From: Kiritimatiellia bacterium
GTDB lineage: Bacteria; Verrucomicrobiota; Kiritimatiellia; RFP12; UBA3636
Assembly (NCBI GenBank): GCA_050942875.1
Contig: JBMNOD010000033.1
Location: 1 to 37,002, forward strand
DNA: 37,002 nucleotides
Direction of reading: 5' to 3'
Program-made: the position numbers and the translations under genes
Notes under the pieces: generated by a model
What the model was told of the DNA's origin: nothing
Seen by the model: the letters and a program-made list of their open reading frames with translations, nothing else
Database searches by the model: none
Shown here: in pieces, positions 1 through 8,249 of the stretch
Position numbering within the stretch: the first letter of the stretch is position 1
Layout: the number at the start of each line of letters is the position of its first letter

Positions 1-35
1 ATCTGTTGTTTACCCGAATTATAGAACACTTCTTT

Positions 36-83
36 CCGTCATGGAAGGACAAACGCCTTCCATGACGGATTTTCTTTCGTTTC
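36..83 (+). terminator. Rho-independent terminator for a + strand gene lying upstream of the window
   Basis: Perfect 13-bp inverted repeat ccgtcatggaagg / ccttccatgacgg (36-48 / 56-68) with a 7-nt loop, followed directly by the T-rich tract attttctttcgtttc. Confidence 0.55.
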
Positions 84-224
84 AACTCCTTGCCGCGCAA
101 CAATGTGCGGAATTGGGACAGGCTCTATTTACAATTCAGCACACTGGGCGTTCGTTAAAGGCGGCAGGATGACAGGAACTTGCCGTCGCTCAACCAGCAG
201 CCTTTCAGCACGAACCGCCAGCCG

Positions 225-971
225 CTACTCCGCCACCTGAAACACAAGCTGGCAGGAAGGTGCGCTGGAGGCGCGCGCGGCCATGGCGCGGCGTTCGAGG
301 CGGAGCGCCTCGGTGGGGGGGAGCGCATGGCGGCTCAGCACGGCGGCCGTCGCGGCGCCGTCGGCGCCGAAGGTCACGTGCGCCCAGATCGAACGGCCTG
401 CCATCGTACGAAGCTCGAGGTCTGAAACGTCGGGCACGATGACGTCCGGTTCCGATGCCATGCAACGCACCGCAGGACGCCGCGGCGACGGAGGAGCCGG
501 TGGCGCCCCAAGTCCGAGCGGCGGAGCCGCCGGGGGGCGTGCGCGCAACACGGTGGCGTCGCCGGGCCAATGGCTCGGCGGTGCGGACGGAGGCAGGAAA
601 TCCGTGACCGCAAACGCCGGATCCGCCGGCGGCCGGAGCGAGGGCGCCTCGGCGGCGGCGTCGCCAGGCAGCGGGCCGTCGCCTGAAAAGCCAACAGACG
701 AACGAAACGCGAAAAGCGTCGGTGCATGGAGAAGCGCATCGGTCGTCTGGCGTGTGGCGTTGCAGATTTCAACTGTCATCGGTTGCGCGCGGCTACGGCT
801 GATTGTGGTCGAGCGGAGCTTGGGCCAGAGCGCCCATCCTGCCACGGTCAGCAACAACACCATGACCAAATCAAGGTGAAACGCATGCATCGGCCGATAG
901 CGGAAAGGGCGGCGGCGGCGACGACGACGGCGCGTCCCGGCTTTTGAAAAAATCGCGAACATGGCCGTCAA
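225..971 (-). CDS. TonB-like energy transducer: short basic N-terminus, one TM helix, Pro-rich spacer, C-terminal TonB-like domain
   Basis: ORF 248 aa. Arg-rich N-terminus, then hydrophobic helix LVMVLLLTVAGWALW. Long proline-rich region (PPSAPPS...PPAAPPLGLGAPPAPPSP). C-terminal ~80 aa loosely fits the TonB C-terminal pattern (VTFGADG...S..AL...ALRL). Its start at 971 overlaps the exbD stop by 4 nt (ATGA). This is the last gene of the exbB-exbD operon. Confidence 0.45.
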   Translation of the reverse strand: MTAMFAIFSKAGTRRRRRRRRPFRYRPMHAFHLDLVMVLLLTVAGWALWPKLRSTTISRSRAQPMTVEICNATRQTTDALLHAPTLFAFRSSVGFSGDGPLPGDAAAEAPSLRPPADPAFAVTDFLPPSAPPSHWPGDATVLRARPPAAPPLGLGAPPAPPSPRRPAVRCMASEPDVIVPDVSDLELRTMAGRSIWAHVTFGADGAATAAVLSRHALPPTEALRLERRAMAARASSAPSCQLVFQVAE

Positions 972-1489
972 CGGCTCCTCGCCACGCAGCAGACGCGCGT
1001 CGCGCCCGCGCCGCGCAGCAGATTGGCCAGGCGCATCGCGTCTTCGTGCAAGGTGGCACGGTCGAGATAGAGCAGCACCTCCGTCTCGCCGCGCCGCTGC
1101 ATCGTCTCGGCGACGGCATTGCGCAACGTTGAAATCCGATGGACTTGCGATAAATCGTATTCGCTGTCGTCGAAAAAGACGACGAGGCCAATGGGTTCGA
1201 CCACGGCGCCGTCGTCCTCGGGCGCCGTCGCCCTCGGCACGGGCGCGGTGCGGATGGCCTTGGCCACGAGCACGAGCGACGAGCGCGTCCCGTCGTGGAA
1301 CGGCGCCGTCGGCAGCTCCACCGGCTGGCCGGGGACCAGCGAGGCGCTTCGCATGAAGAAGACATAGGCGACGACCAGCAGCGCGACGTTGATCCAGGGC
1401 ACGACGGCGAAAAACAGGGTGTAAATCCGGCTTCGGGGCTGGTAGCGCGTGCGAAGGCTCTCGCGAGGGAGCCGCGAAAACCAGTCCAT
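968..1489 (-). CDS. exbD: Biopolymer transport protein ExbD/TolR
   Basis: 173 aa from ATG at 1489 (MDWFSRL...). The longer ORF upstream of that ATG runs through repeat-derived, non-protein-like sequence. Short cytoplasmic N-terminus, single TM (IYTLFFAVVPWINVALLVVAYVFF), periplasmic domain with ExbD/TolR-like VVFFDD...VLLYLD...V pattern. Directly downstream of exbB. Confidence 0.7.
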   Translation of the reverse strand: MDWFSRLPRESLRTRYQPRSRIYTLFFAVVPWINVALLVVAYVFFMRSASLVPGQPVELPTAPFHDGTRSSLVLVAKAIRTAPVPRATAPEDDGAVVEPIGLVVFFDDSEYDLSQVHRISTLRNAVAETMQRRGETEVLLYLDRATLHEDAMRLANLLRGAGATRVCCVARSR

Positions 1490-1620
1490 GGCTCCATGCG
1501 TGGAGCCATGGAGAGAGGAGTGAGAAGAGAGGAGAGGGGTGTTTCCGCTGGGGACACCCCAGCCCCCGTTGTTACCTCCCCTTTCTGTGTCTTTCTGTGT
1601 GTTTTTTGTGGCCATCCCCC

Positions 1621-1705
1621 CCCCGTTCACGTTCGCGTACCCGTTCACGTCTTCCGTATCTCGTGTACGGGAACGTGTACCGCTTTGCTGTGTACGTGTA
1701 CGATC
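1621..1705. repeat. Copy A of a dispersed intergenic repeat family rich in GTGTACG direct repeats, inserted between exbB and exbD
   Basis: Shares a core ccgttc(c)cgt...ccgtgtacg...ccgct(t/g)cgctgtg(c/t)acg(g/t)gtacg with copies at 5065-5125 and 8447-8545. It explains the unusual 330-nt gap inside the exbB-exbD operon. Confidence 0.5.
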
Positions 1706-1820
1706 CTGCGACTCTCCGTTCACATTTTGACCGTCAGGGCATTGGTCAATCCGGGGTCTGGGGTGTCCCCAGCCTGAACTTCTCTCTTCTCTCTTCTCGC
1801 CGCTCTCTAACATCCGCATC

Positions 1821-2435
1821 TCACTCTCCACGCAAGGAGTCGAAGAAGAAAACGATCTCGGAGGCGGCGGCGCGCATGTCGAGAACGAGGCGGTCGATGT
1901 TGACGACGAGCACGTGGAAGCCAATGAAGCAGGGAATCGCCACGAGCAACCCTGCCGCCGTGGTGATCGCGCCGGGGATGAGCCCGCTGGTGATGTCGGC
2001 CGTCGAAACGAATGGCGCCTTGGCGTTCATTGCAATGAGGGCGTTGAGGATGCTGTGGACGACGCCGAGCAGACCGGCGAGCGGCGTGATTTGCGCCACC
2101 AGCGCAAGCAGCGAAAGACGCCGCTCCATACGTGAGATTTCCGCCCGTCCGGCTTCGTCGAGCTCGTCGATCATCCGATCGCGGGACAATTCGCGACGCT
2201 GGATCGCCGTGGAGACGAGCCGGGCGACTGGGCCCGGTGTTTCCTCGCACAGGGCGATCGCCTCCGTGATGTTGCCGCGGCGGATGATGTTGAAGATGCC
2301 GGCGAGGAAGTCTTTCGCGTCGATGCGCGCGCGATGGAGGTGCAGCGCGCGTTCAAGAAAGACGAACAGCGCCACGAGTCCGATGAAGAGGATGAACCAG
2401 AGAACCGGTCCGCCTTGGGTCAGCATGTCATGCAT
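1821..2435 (-). CDS. exbB: MotA/TolQ/ExbB proton-channel family protein
   Basis: 204 aa with three predicted TM segments and characteristic MotA/TolQ/ExbB C-terminal region (ITPLAGLLGVVHSILNAL...TTAAGLLVAIPCFIGFHVLV). The ATG at 2435 lies 1 nt from the stop of the upstream TPR gene. Confidence 0.85.
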   Translation of the reverse strand: MHDMLTQGGPVLWFILFIGLVALFVFLERALHLHRARIDAKDFLAGIFNIIRRGNITEAIALCEETPGPVARLVSTAIQRRELSRDRMIDELDEAGRAEISRMERRLSLLALVAQITPLAGLLGVVHSILNALIAMNAKAPFVSTADITSGLIPGAITTAAGLLVAIPCFIGFHVLVVNIDRLVLDMRAAASEIVFFFDSLRGE

Positions 2436-2436
2436 T

Positions 2437-5337
2437 TCATTTTCTCCGCCATTCGATCACGCCGTCCGCGCCCGCCGCCGTTTCCGCCGGCAGCCGTTCG
2501 CGGCGGATCCGCTCCAGCCGCCGCGCCGCCTCTTCCGCCCCGGGCCAGTTGCCCGTGGCGATTCGCGCGAGCATCGCGGCGGCCGCCTTCCAGTTTTCGC
2601 GCCGCTCCAGGATTTCCGCGGCGCCGAGAACGCCGCGCGAATACCAGATGCGCGAAGGCGAATCCGGCGTCAGCCCGGCCTCGCCGCCTTCGTGTTCGAA
2701 CATCAGGATGACATCCTGATAATAGCGCTGGAATGCCTCGTCGATGCGTCCCGCCTTTTCAAGGCTGCGCCCCGTCTTGTACTGGCATTGCAGGATCGTT
2801 TCAAAAGATTTCGGCGCCGGGTGCGCCAACACGCCCTCGTAGGCCGCCACGCTTTCCGCATAGCGCACGGCGTTGTCTTCGCCCAGCGTGAAGAAGCAGT
2901 CGCCGCGCCGTCCCATCGCCCGGAGGCGCAGATCGTCGTCGCGCGCCGTCTTGACGACGTCGTCGAAGAGCAGCAGCGCCGCATCGAACTGCAGGAGTTC
3001 GCAGAGCGCCTCGGCATGGGTGAACTGCGCGATCGGCACGCAACGGCTTTCGGGGTGCGCGCTCGTCAGCGCCGCGGCCGTCTCGATCGCCTCGCTGTGC
3101 TTCCCGAGGTAGAACTGCGCCTGCGCTTTCAGCAGCAGCGCCGAATCGACTCTCGGGGAGGCCGGCCATTTCCGAGCGTAGTCGGAAAACGACGCTTCGG
3201 CCTTCGCATACTCGCCGGCGTTGAACTGCCGCCGCCCCAGCCAGAAGAGCGCTTCGCGGCTCCACTCACCATTCTCCGTGCCGTCGATGAGCGCGGTTGC
3301 CGCGGCGACCGCTTCTTCCACGCGTCCGAGCGCCAGCAATGCCTCCGCTTTCATGAAGCGCGCTTGCTCGCTTGCTTCGCCGCCGTTCTGGACCGTTGCC
3401 GCCATCTCAAACGCCGCCAGCGCCTCGTCGGGCTTCTCGGCGCGAAGTGCCAGCAGCCCCATTCCAAGCAGCGATGGCGCCCGTAGCTGGGGATCCGGAA
3501 ACTCCGAGGCTCGACGGTAGAGCCCGAGCACCTGCGCCTGCCCCACGGGCGTCGCCATCGCCTCCGCCGATCTCGCCAAGATCTGGGCTGCGCGGAAGAA
3601 CGCTCGACCTGCCTCGGCGCGCGCCGGATAATCGGCCGCCACACGGATGAACGCCTCTGCGGCAGCCGCGGGGTCAAGCTCCGCAAGGCATTCCGCCGCC
3701 AGCAGCCGTGCCGCCGGCTCAATGTCTCCACGACCCGTGGAGACATTGAGCGAGGCGTTCTCGCTCCGCTCCAATTCCAGCAGGTCCTCGATCACCGCCA
3801 GCGCCTCGCGCGGCATCCCGCTCGCGCGCTTCGCCTCGGCGAGATTGAAGAGATTGGCCCGCTTCGCCTCAAGATCCGGCGACTGCTCGGCCGCCGAACG
3901 AAACGCATTCGCCGCCTCGCCATAGCGCTTCAGCCCCGCGAAGGCCAGCCCCTGACCGCGGCGAGCGGCGGCCTCCAGCGGATTGTCGGCAAAGGACGCA
4001 ATGAAAAGCGTGTAGAGATCCAGCGCTTCGGCGAAGCGGCCCGCCTCCACATGCACATCCGCCAGCGCCTTGACGGCGATGGCGACCGACGGCGACGTCG
4101 GCGCAAAGGCAATCAGCGCTCGCGCCTCGTTGGCCGCGCGCTCCGCAAAACCACAGCGGGCAAGCGTCCGAGCCAACTCGATCTGGCATTCCAGACGCAC
4201 TCCCGGCGACGCGGCCGTCGCCACGGCTCTCTCGGCGATTTCGACGGCTTGCGCATCGCCTGTCTCGCGAGCGCGCATCATGGCGCTCGCCGCGAGCGCC
4301 AGCGCCATGTGGTCCGGGTTCGTTGCCGGACCTGCCAGCGCCGTCGCGAGCACCGCCAGCGCGTTTGTAACGCCGCCGGTGTCGTCGAGCGCACGCGCCT
4401 GCAACAAGGCGGCCACGGCCGCCTCTTGCACGCGGTTCGTGTCGCCGACGAGCGGTTCCAGCAGCGCGGCGGCGTCCGCCGCGCGGCCGGCCTCGATCAA
4501 CAGCCGCCCGCGGTCGAAGAGGACATCGGCCGAGGGTTCGGCCAGCGTCGCCAGAAGGCGCTCCGCTTCTTCGGGGCGTCCCGCCTGCCCCAGGGCATGG
4601 GCTTGCAGACGCAGCGCAGATTCCGCCAGCGGATCGTCCGGGGCGAGTGCCGCGCCCAGATTGTCGAGCACCACTGCGGCGGCGGCGAACTGCCCTGCCA
4701 GCACGTGGGCGCGGGCAAGCCAGTAGCGTTTCAATGGCGCCAGCGCCGGATCTTCTGCAGGCAGCGCCTGGTCGTCGATCTGGCCCGAGGCGAGCAGCGC
4801 GAGCCAGGCGTCAGGTGCCAGACGCCGCTCGCAGACCTTCATCAACACGGTGAAGGCTCGTTGACGAATCGGATCGGGGGAGCTTGCATCGAAAAGCGCT
4901 TTTGCCGCCTGCGACCAAGCCAGATCATCGAGCGAATCCCGATAGGCATGCTCGGCCAGGACGACCGCTGGCAACGGCGTCGCCAGCACGGCTTCGATCG
5001 ACGCCGCCCCCTCTGCAACAGGGGCACGGACATTCCTGTCCGTGTTCGCATCCTTCGCCACGCCTTCGTTCCCGTTTTCCGTCTCCCGTGTACGTGTGCC
5101 GCTGCGCTGTGCAGGTGTACGGTCTTCCTTGACCACGCCACCTGCGTCATTTGTCATTTGCAATTTGTCATTTGCAATTTTCTCGGCCGCCCCCTCAACG
5201 CCTGCGGCCGGCGATGCCGTCGCATTCGTCGCCGCCGCGCAGACCCACGCCGCAAAGCAGGCGAGCCCAAGCGCGACGCCGGATGAGCGCCGCGACCCTC
5301 CGCCGAGAATTGTTGCCATTGACCAGGACCAGTGCAT
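2437..5337 (-). CDS. Large TPR-repeat protein, first gene of the ExbB/ExbD/TonB-like operon; true start uncertain (5337 is the outer bound)
   Basis: 966-aa ORF. Ala/Leu-rich TPR-like helical repeats throughout (..AEALDLY.., ..YRRASEFP.., ..LGRVEEAVAAATALI..). A plausible signal peptide (RRSSGVALGLACFAAWVCAAA) follows the ATG at 5337. However, residues ~55-100 are encoded by dispersed repeat copy B and the gcaattt tandem repeat, so the real start may lie downstream (a non-ATG start below ~5000). Confidence 0.7.
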   Translation of the reverse strand: MHWSWSMATILGGGSRRSSGVALGLACFAAWVCAAATNATASPAAGVEGAAEKIANDKLQMTNDAGGVVKEDRTPAQRSGTRTRETENGNEGVAKDANTDRNVRAPVAEGAASIEAVLATPLPAVVLAEHAYRDSLDDLAWSQAAKALFDASSPDPIRQRAFTVLMKVCERRLAPDAWLALLASGQIDDQALPAEDPALAPLKRYWLARAHVLAGQFAAAAVVLDNLGAALAPDDPLAESALRLQAHALGQAGRPEEAERLLATLAEPSADVLFDRGRLLIEAGRAADAAALLEPLVGDTNRVQEAAVAALLQARALDDTGGVTNALAVLATALAGPATNPDHMALALAASAMMRARETGDAQAVEIAERAVATAASPGVRLECQIELARTLARCGFAERAANEARALIAFAPTSPSVAIAVKALADVHVEAGRFAEALDLYTLFIASFADNPLEAAARRGQGLAFAGLKRYGEAANAFRSAAEQSPDLEAKRANLFNLAEAKRASGMPREALAVIEDLLELERSENASLNVSTGRGDIEPAARLLAAECLAELDPAAAAEAFIRVAADYPARAEAGRAFFRAAQILARSAEAMATPVGQAQVLGLYRRASEFPDPQLRAPSLLGMGLLALRAEKPDEALAAFEMAATVQNGGEASEQARFMKAEALLALGRVEEAVAAATALIDGTENGEWSREALFWLGRRQFNAGEYAKAEASFSDYARKWPASPRVDSALLLKAQAQFYLGKHSEAIETAAALTSAHPESRCVPIAQFTHAEALCELLQFDAALLLFDDVVKTARDDDLRLRAMGRRGDCFFTLGEDNAVRYAESVAAYEGVLAHPAPKSFETILQCQYKTGRSLEKAGRIDEAFQRYYQDVILMFEHEGGEAGLTPDSPSRIWYSRGVLGAAEILERRENWKAAAAMLARIATGNWPGAEEAARRLERIRRERLPAETAAGADGVIEWRRK
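5021..5044. repeat. 24-nt hairpin module ggggcacggacattcctgtccgtg, copy 1 of 2
   Basis: 8-bp stem cacggaca / tgtccgtg with loop ttcc. Identical 24-mer at 28691-28714. Both copies are followed within ~45 nt by ccttcgccacgcc. Confidence 0.6.
5065..5125. repeat. Copy B of the GTGTACG-rich dispersed repeat family
   Basis: cgttcccgttttccgtctcccgtgtacgtgtgccgctgcgctgtgcaggtgtacgg aligns with copy A (1621-1705) and copy C (8447-8545). It lies inside the N-terminal low-complexity part of the TPR ORF. Confidence 0.5.
5148..5180. repeat. Tandem direct repeat (tgtcatttgcaatt) x2
   Basis: tgtcatttgcaatttgtcatttgcaattttctc. AT-rich, contains the TTGCAA palindrome, and shares GCAATT with the CAATTG repeats at 8280-8314. 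Confidence 0.5.
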
Positions 5338-5353
5338 TGGCGTGCAATTCTAA

Positions 5354-5392
5354 CACATCCTCCCCCCGAGGGCAATCGGGCAGAGGATGTGA
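5354..5392 (-). terminator. Compound hairpin downstream of the nfeD-flotillin operon; possible intrinsic terminator or regulatory element for the TPR operon
   Basis: Outer 9-bp stem cacatcctc / gaggatgtg enclosing an inner stem cccga...tcggg. On the minus-strand RNA it is followed by UUAGAAUU. Position is ~255 nt 3' of the flotillin stop and just 5' of the TPR ORF start. Confidence 0.3.
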
Positions 5393-5647
5393 AGGAAGCG
5401 AGAGGTGAGAAGCGGGACGACACGGCCCACGACGGGCGAACGGAAAGCCGATGCGCTGGAGGCCGCCGTCCCGGCGCGAGTTCGCCATGCCGTGGGCCAT
5501 CGCCACCGTTCGTCGCGGGCCCGTGAGGGCGTTTTGCGCAAGAAAGAGGGAAGAAGCGCCCTGTTGTTCGACAAAGTTCACGACCACGTTTCCCCTGGCC
5601 CCGACAAAGCTCCCCTTCGGCGTTCCCGCCTCTCGCTTCCGGGCCCG

Positions 5648-7219
5648 CTAGCCCTCAGCGGCTGCGGGCGGCTCGTCCGCCTTGACTTTGCCGAGGTACT
5701 CGGGGAGCTCGACGCCGGCCATGGCGGCGACGTCCTGGACCGGGGGCAGCGACTTGATGAGGCTGGAGAGGAAGTTCGCGGTGGAGGAGCCTTTCTCCGA
5801 GGAGCCGGTGTCCCAGACCGTGACCTTGTCGATCTTGAGGTTGCTGATGGCCTCGGTCTGGCGCGCCACGATGGCTTCGAGCTTTTCGATCATGAGCATC
5901 GTCGCGGCGGCCTTCGGGTCGCCGCCGGCGCTTTCGATGAGGCGCAGATAGCCTTCGGCCTTCTTCTCGAGGAGCGCCTTCATGCCTTCGGCCTCGGCCT
6001 GGTACTTCAAGAGCACGCCGTCGGCCTCGCCCTTGGCGATCGTGCGCACGCGGTCGGCCTCGGCCGAGGCGGCGATGGCGATCTTCTGCCTCTCGATTTC
6101 GCGCTGGGCGATTTCCTCGGCGTTGAGGCGCTCCATCTCGGCGCGGTACTGCGCCTTCTGGATTTCGACCTCGGCCAGGCGCTTCGCGACCTCCGCCTGG
6201 CGCTGGGCCTCCGCCTGGCGGATGGCGAGCTTGGCGTTGGCGTCGGCGATCTCGGCCTTGGCCTTGTTCTCGCCTTCGACGGCCGCGGACTCCTGGTCGG
6301 CGATGTACACGCGCTGGTCGGCGATGGCGCGCATCTTGCCCTTCTCGGCCTCGGCGAAGTTCTCCATCAGCTTGATTTCCTTGAGGCGGTTGGCCTCGGC
6401 CTCGCCGACCATGGCGGCCGTCTCCTGCTCGGCCACGTAGATGCGGCGGCCGGCCTCGGCCTGCTTCTTGCCCTTCTCGGCTTCGGCGACGTTCTCCGCG
6501 ACGCGGATGGTCATCTCGCGGGTGTTGTCCGCCTCGCCGATGCTGCCGAGCTTCGTCTGGTGGGACACGTCGACCTTCGCCTTGTTGATGGCTTCGGCGG
6601 CGGCCTTCTTGCCGATGCTCTCGATGTAGTTCGACTCGTCCGTGATGTCCGTGATGTTGACGTTGATCAGGATGAGGCCGACTTTGTTGAGCTCGGGTTC
6701 GACGTTCTTGCGGACCTCGATGAGGAAGCTCTCTCGGTCCTGGTTGATCTGCTCGATGGTGAGCGAGGCCACGGTGAGGCGGAGCTGGCCGAAGATGATT
6801 TCCTTGACCATGTCCTCGATGGCCGGCGTGGCGAGGCCGAGCAGGCGCTCGGCCGCGTTCATCATGATCGCGGGCTCCGTGCTGATGCCCACGGTGAACG
6901 TGCTCGGCACGTTGATGCGGATGTTCTGGAACGAAAGCGCGCCTTGCAGCGGAATGCTGATCGTCATCGGCGTGAGGCTCAAGTAGGCGTAGTCCTGGAC
7001 GAGCGGGACGATGAACGCGCCGCCGCCGTGGATGCAGCGGGCGGACTTGTTGTCCTTCACCTTGCCGTAGATGACCAGGATGCGGTCGGACGGGCAGCGC
7101 TTGTAGAGCCGGGCGATGGCCATCATCGTGACGAAGACGATGATGACGATGGCGATGGCGAAGATCAGGATCGGGGGCATGGTGGAGGATGCGAGCATGG
7201 TCGGCGAATTCATGGTCAT
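5648..7219 (-). CDS. Flotillin-like SPFH/band-7 protein (YqiK/FloA-like)
   Basis: Start chosen at ATG 7219 (MTMNSPTML...); the ORF extends to 7309. N-terminal TM (ILIFAIAIVIIVFVTMMAIARLY), SPFH domain, then a long Ala/Glu/Lys-rich coiled coil with flotillin-type EA repeats (AEAEKGKKQAEA..., RQAEAQRQAEVAKR...). An nfeD-like gene lies immediately upstream. Confidence 0.85.
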   Translation of the reverse strand: MTMNSPTMLASSTMPPILIFAIAIVIIVFVTMMAIARLYKRCPSDRILVIYGKVKDNKSARCIHGGGAFIVPLVQDYAYLSLTPMTISIPLQGALSFQNIRINVPSTFTVGISTEPAIMMNAAERLLGLATPAIEDMVKEIIFGQLRLTVASLTIEQINQDRESFLIEVRKNVEPELNKVGLILINVNITDITDESNYIESIGKKAAAEAINKAKVDVSHQTKLGSIGEADNTREMTIRVAENVAEAEKGKKQAEAGRRIYVAEQETAAMVGEAEANRLKEIKLMENFAEAEKGKMRAIADQRVYIADQESAAVEGENKAKAEIADANAKLAIRQAEAQRQAEVAKRLAEVEIQKAQYRAEMERLNAEEIAQREIERQKIAIAASAEADRVRTIAKGEADGVLLKYQAEAEGMKALLEKKAEGYLRLIESAGGDPKAAATMLMIEKLEAIVARQTEAISNLKIDKVTVWDTGSSEKGSSTANFLSSLIKSLPPVQDVAAMAGVELPEYLGKVKADEPPAAAEG

Positions 7220-7271
7220 GTTTCTTTCTGAGGGGTTTTGGGAAATTGCTGGAATGGCGGCGTTGCGCCGG

Positions 7272-7829
7272 TCAAGCCGGTTCGACGACCAGCATGTCGG
7301 CGGTTTCAACCACCTTGATGCGTTCGCCCGTGGCGAGCTTGGCTTGTGGATCCTTGGCGCGCGCGTCGAACACTTTGAGCGCGCCCTTCACTTCGATTTG
7401 CACCTTGCCGATGGCGCCGGGGCGGATCTCCAGATAGACGGAGCCCGTGCAGCCCACGGCGTCGGCGAGATGGATGGTGCCGTCGCTCGCCAGCTTTCGC
7501 GAGGCGCTGAAGATCTTGGCGATGACGGCCATGATGACGACGCCGGCCGCGAGGCTCGACACGGCCGAAACGCCGATGCCGTGGCCGTTGCGCATGAGCA
7601 GGAAGCCCACGAGCCCGAACATCAGCAGAAACGCCGTGATGCCGTGGACGGAGACCATCTTGAAATCGTCGGTCGTGTCGCCGCCGAAATCGCCATCGTC
7701 AACGTCGCCGACGTCATCGTCTCCGCCGAGTCCGGTGAAGATCATGATGGAGCGCAGCAGGAACAGCCCGCCGCCGATCACGCCGCAGGCCAGGTAGAAC
7801 AATTCGACGCCCGAGAGATTGTTGAACAT
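7272..7829 (-). CDS. NfeD-like membrane protein (YqiJ-like partner of flotillin)
   Basis: ATG at 7829 preceded by GGAGG 7 nt upstream (the ORF track's 7841 is a TTG). Two hydrophobic segments separated by an acidic DDDVGDVDDGDFGGD loop, then a C-terminal NfeD-type beta domain (GKVQIEVKGALKVFDAR). Confidence 0.8.
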   Translation of the reverse strand: MFNNLSGVELFYLACGVIGGGLFLLRSIMIFTGLGGDDDVGDVDDGDFGGDTTDDFKMVSVHGITAFLLMFGLVGFLLMRNGHGIGVSAVSSLAAGVVIMAVIAKIFSASRKLASDGTIHLADAVGCTGSVYLEIRPGAIGKVQIEVKGALKVFDARAKDPQAKLATGERIKVVETADMLVVEPA

Positions 7830-7893
7830 GGTTTCCTCCAAGATTTCCTCACCGATTGGCGGTACAGATCGCCAAGCGTGTTTATCGGGGTAA

Positions 7894-7922
7894 ATTCTAT
7901 GTTAAAACGACGGTGGAAGCAA
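7894..7922 (-). promoter_or_regulatory. Candidate sigma70-type promoter for the nfeD-flotillin operon
   Basis: On the minus strand: TTGCTT (7922-7917), 17-nt spacer, TAGAAT (7899-7894), ~60 nt upstream of the nfeD start. Confidence 0.3.
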
Positions 7923-7967
7923 TCACAATCAGAATCCTCTGAACAGGGGCGGACAGACCCTAAAATG

Positions 7968-8015
7968 TTTTGTGGACTTTGTGGACTTTGTGGACGCAGT
8001 GGACCGGATGGACGG
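7968..8015. repeat. Cluster of helically phased GTGGAC (= GTCCAC on minus) repeats; DnaA-box-like iterons
   Basis: tttGTGGACtttGTGGACtttGTGGACgcaGTGGACcggaTGGACgg, five copies at 9-10 bp spacing. The reverse complement contains GTCCACAAAGTCCACAAAGTCCACAA, sharing a 15-mer with the cluster at 28632-28670. An AT-richer segment lies at 7860-7965. Confidence 0.5.
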
Positions 8016-8249
8016 CTTGCGCCCGACTTGACCTGTCCGATTGGGCCGATCCGTCCGATCCGTCGATCAATGTTGCGGTGCGGGTGCGGAGCCCCGCGTT
8101 CCCAGGGGTGGCGTTCCCAAGCCGCCCGCGCAGCGCGGGCGAGCGGGGCGACGGGTGTGGATTCCATAATATCGAACAAAAATTCGAGATTACAGAAATC
8201 TGAACCAGTGCCACTCGCCTACACCGCACTTGCCTTCCGGCGCCCCGGA

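Noticed and set aside
1597-3486. 629-aa plus-strand ORF spanning the exbB-TPR region
   Set aside because: Antisense to exbB and the TPR gene. It starts inside the dispersed repeat and has a low-complexity translation.
5405-7231. 608-aa plus-strand ORF opposite the flotillin gene
   Set aside because: Low-complexity (L/G/D/A runs) mirror image of the flotillin coiled-coil coding sequence. The flotillin frame has a TM, an SPFH domain and a partner nfeD gene.
7970-8203. 77-aa ORF beginning MWTLWTLWTQWTGWT
   Set aside because: The W-T-L periodicity is just the translation of the GTGGACTTT tandem repeats. No RBS, and it lies in a repeat-dense non-coding region.
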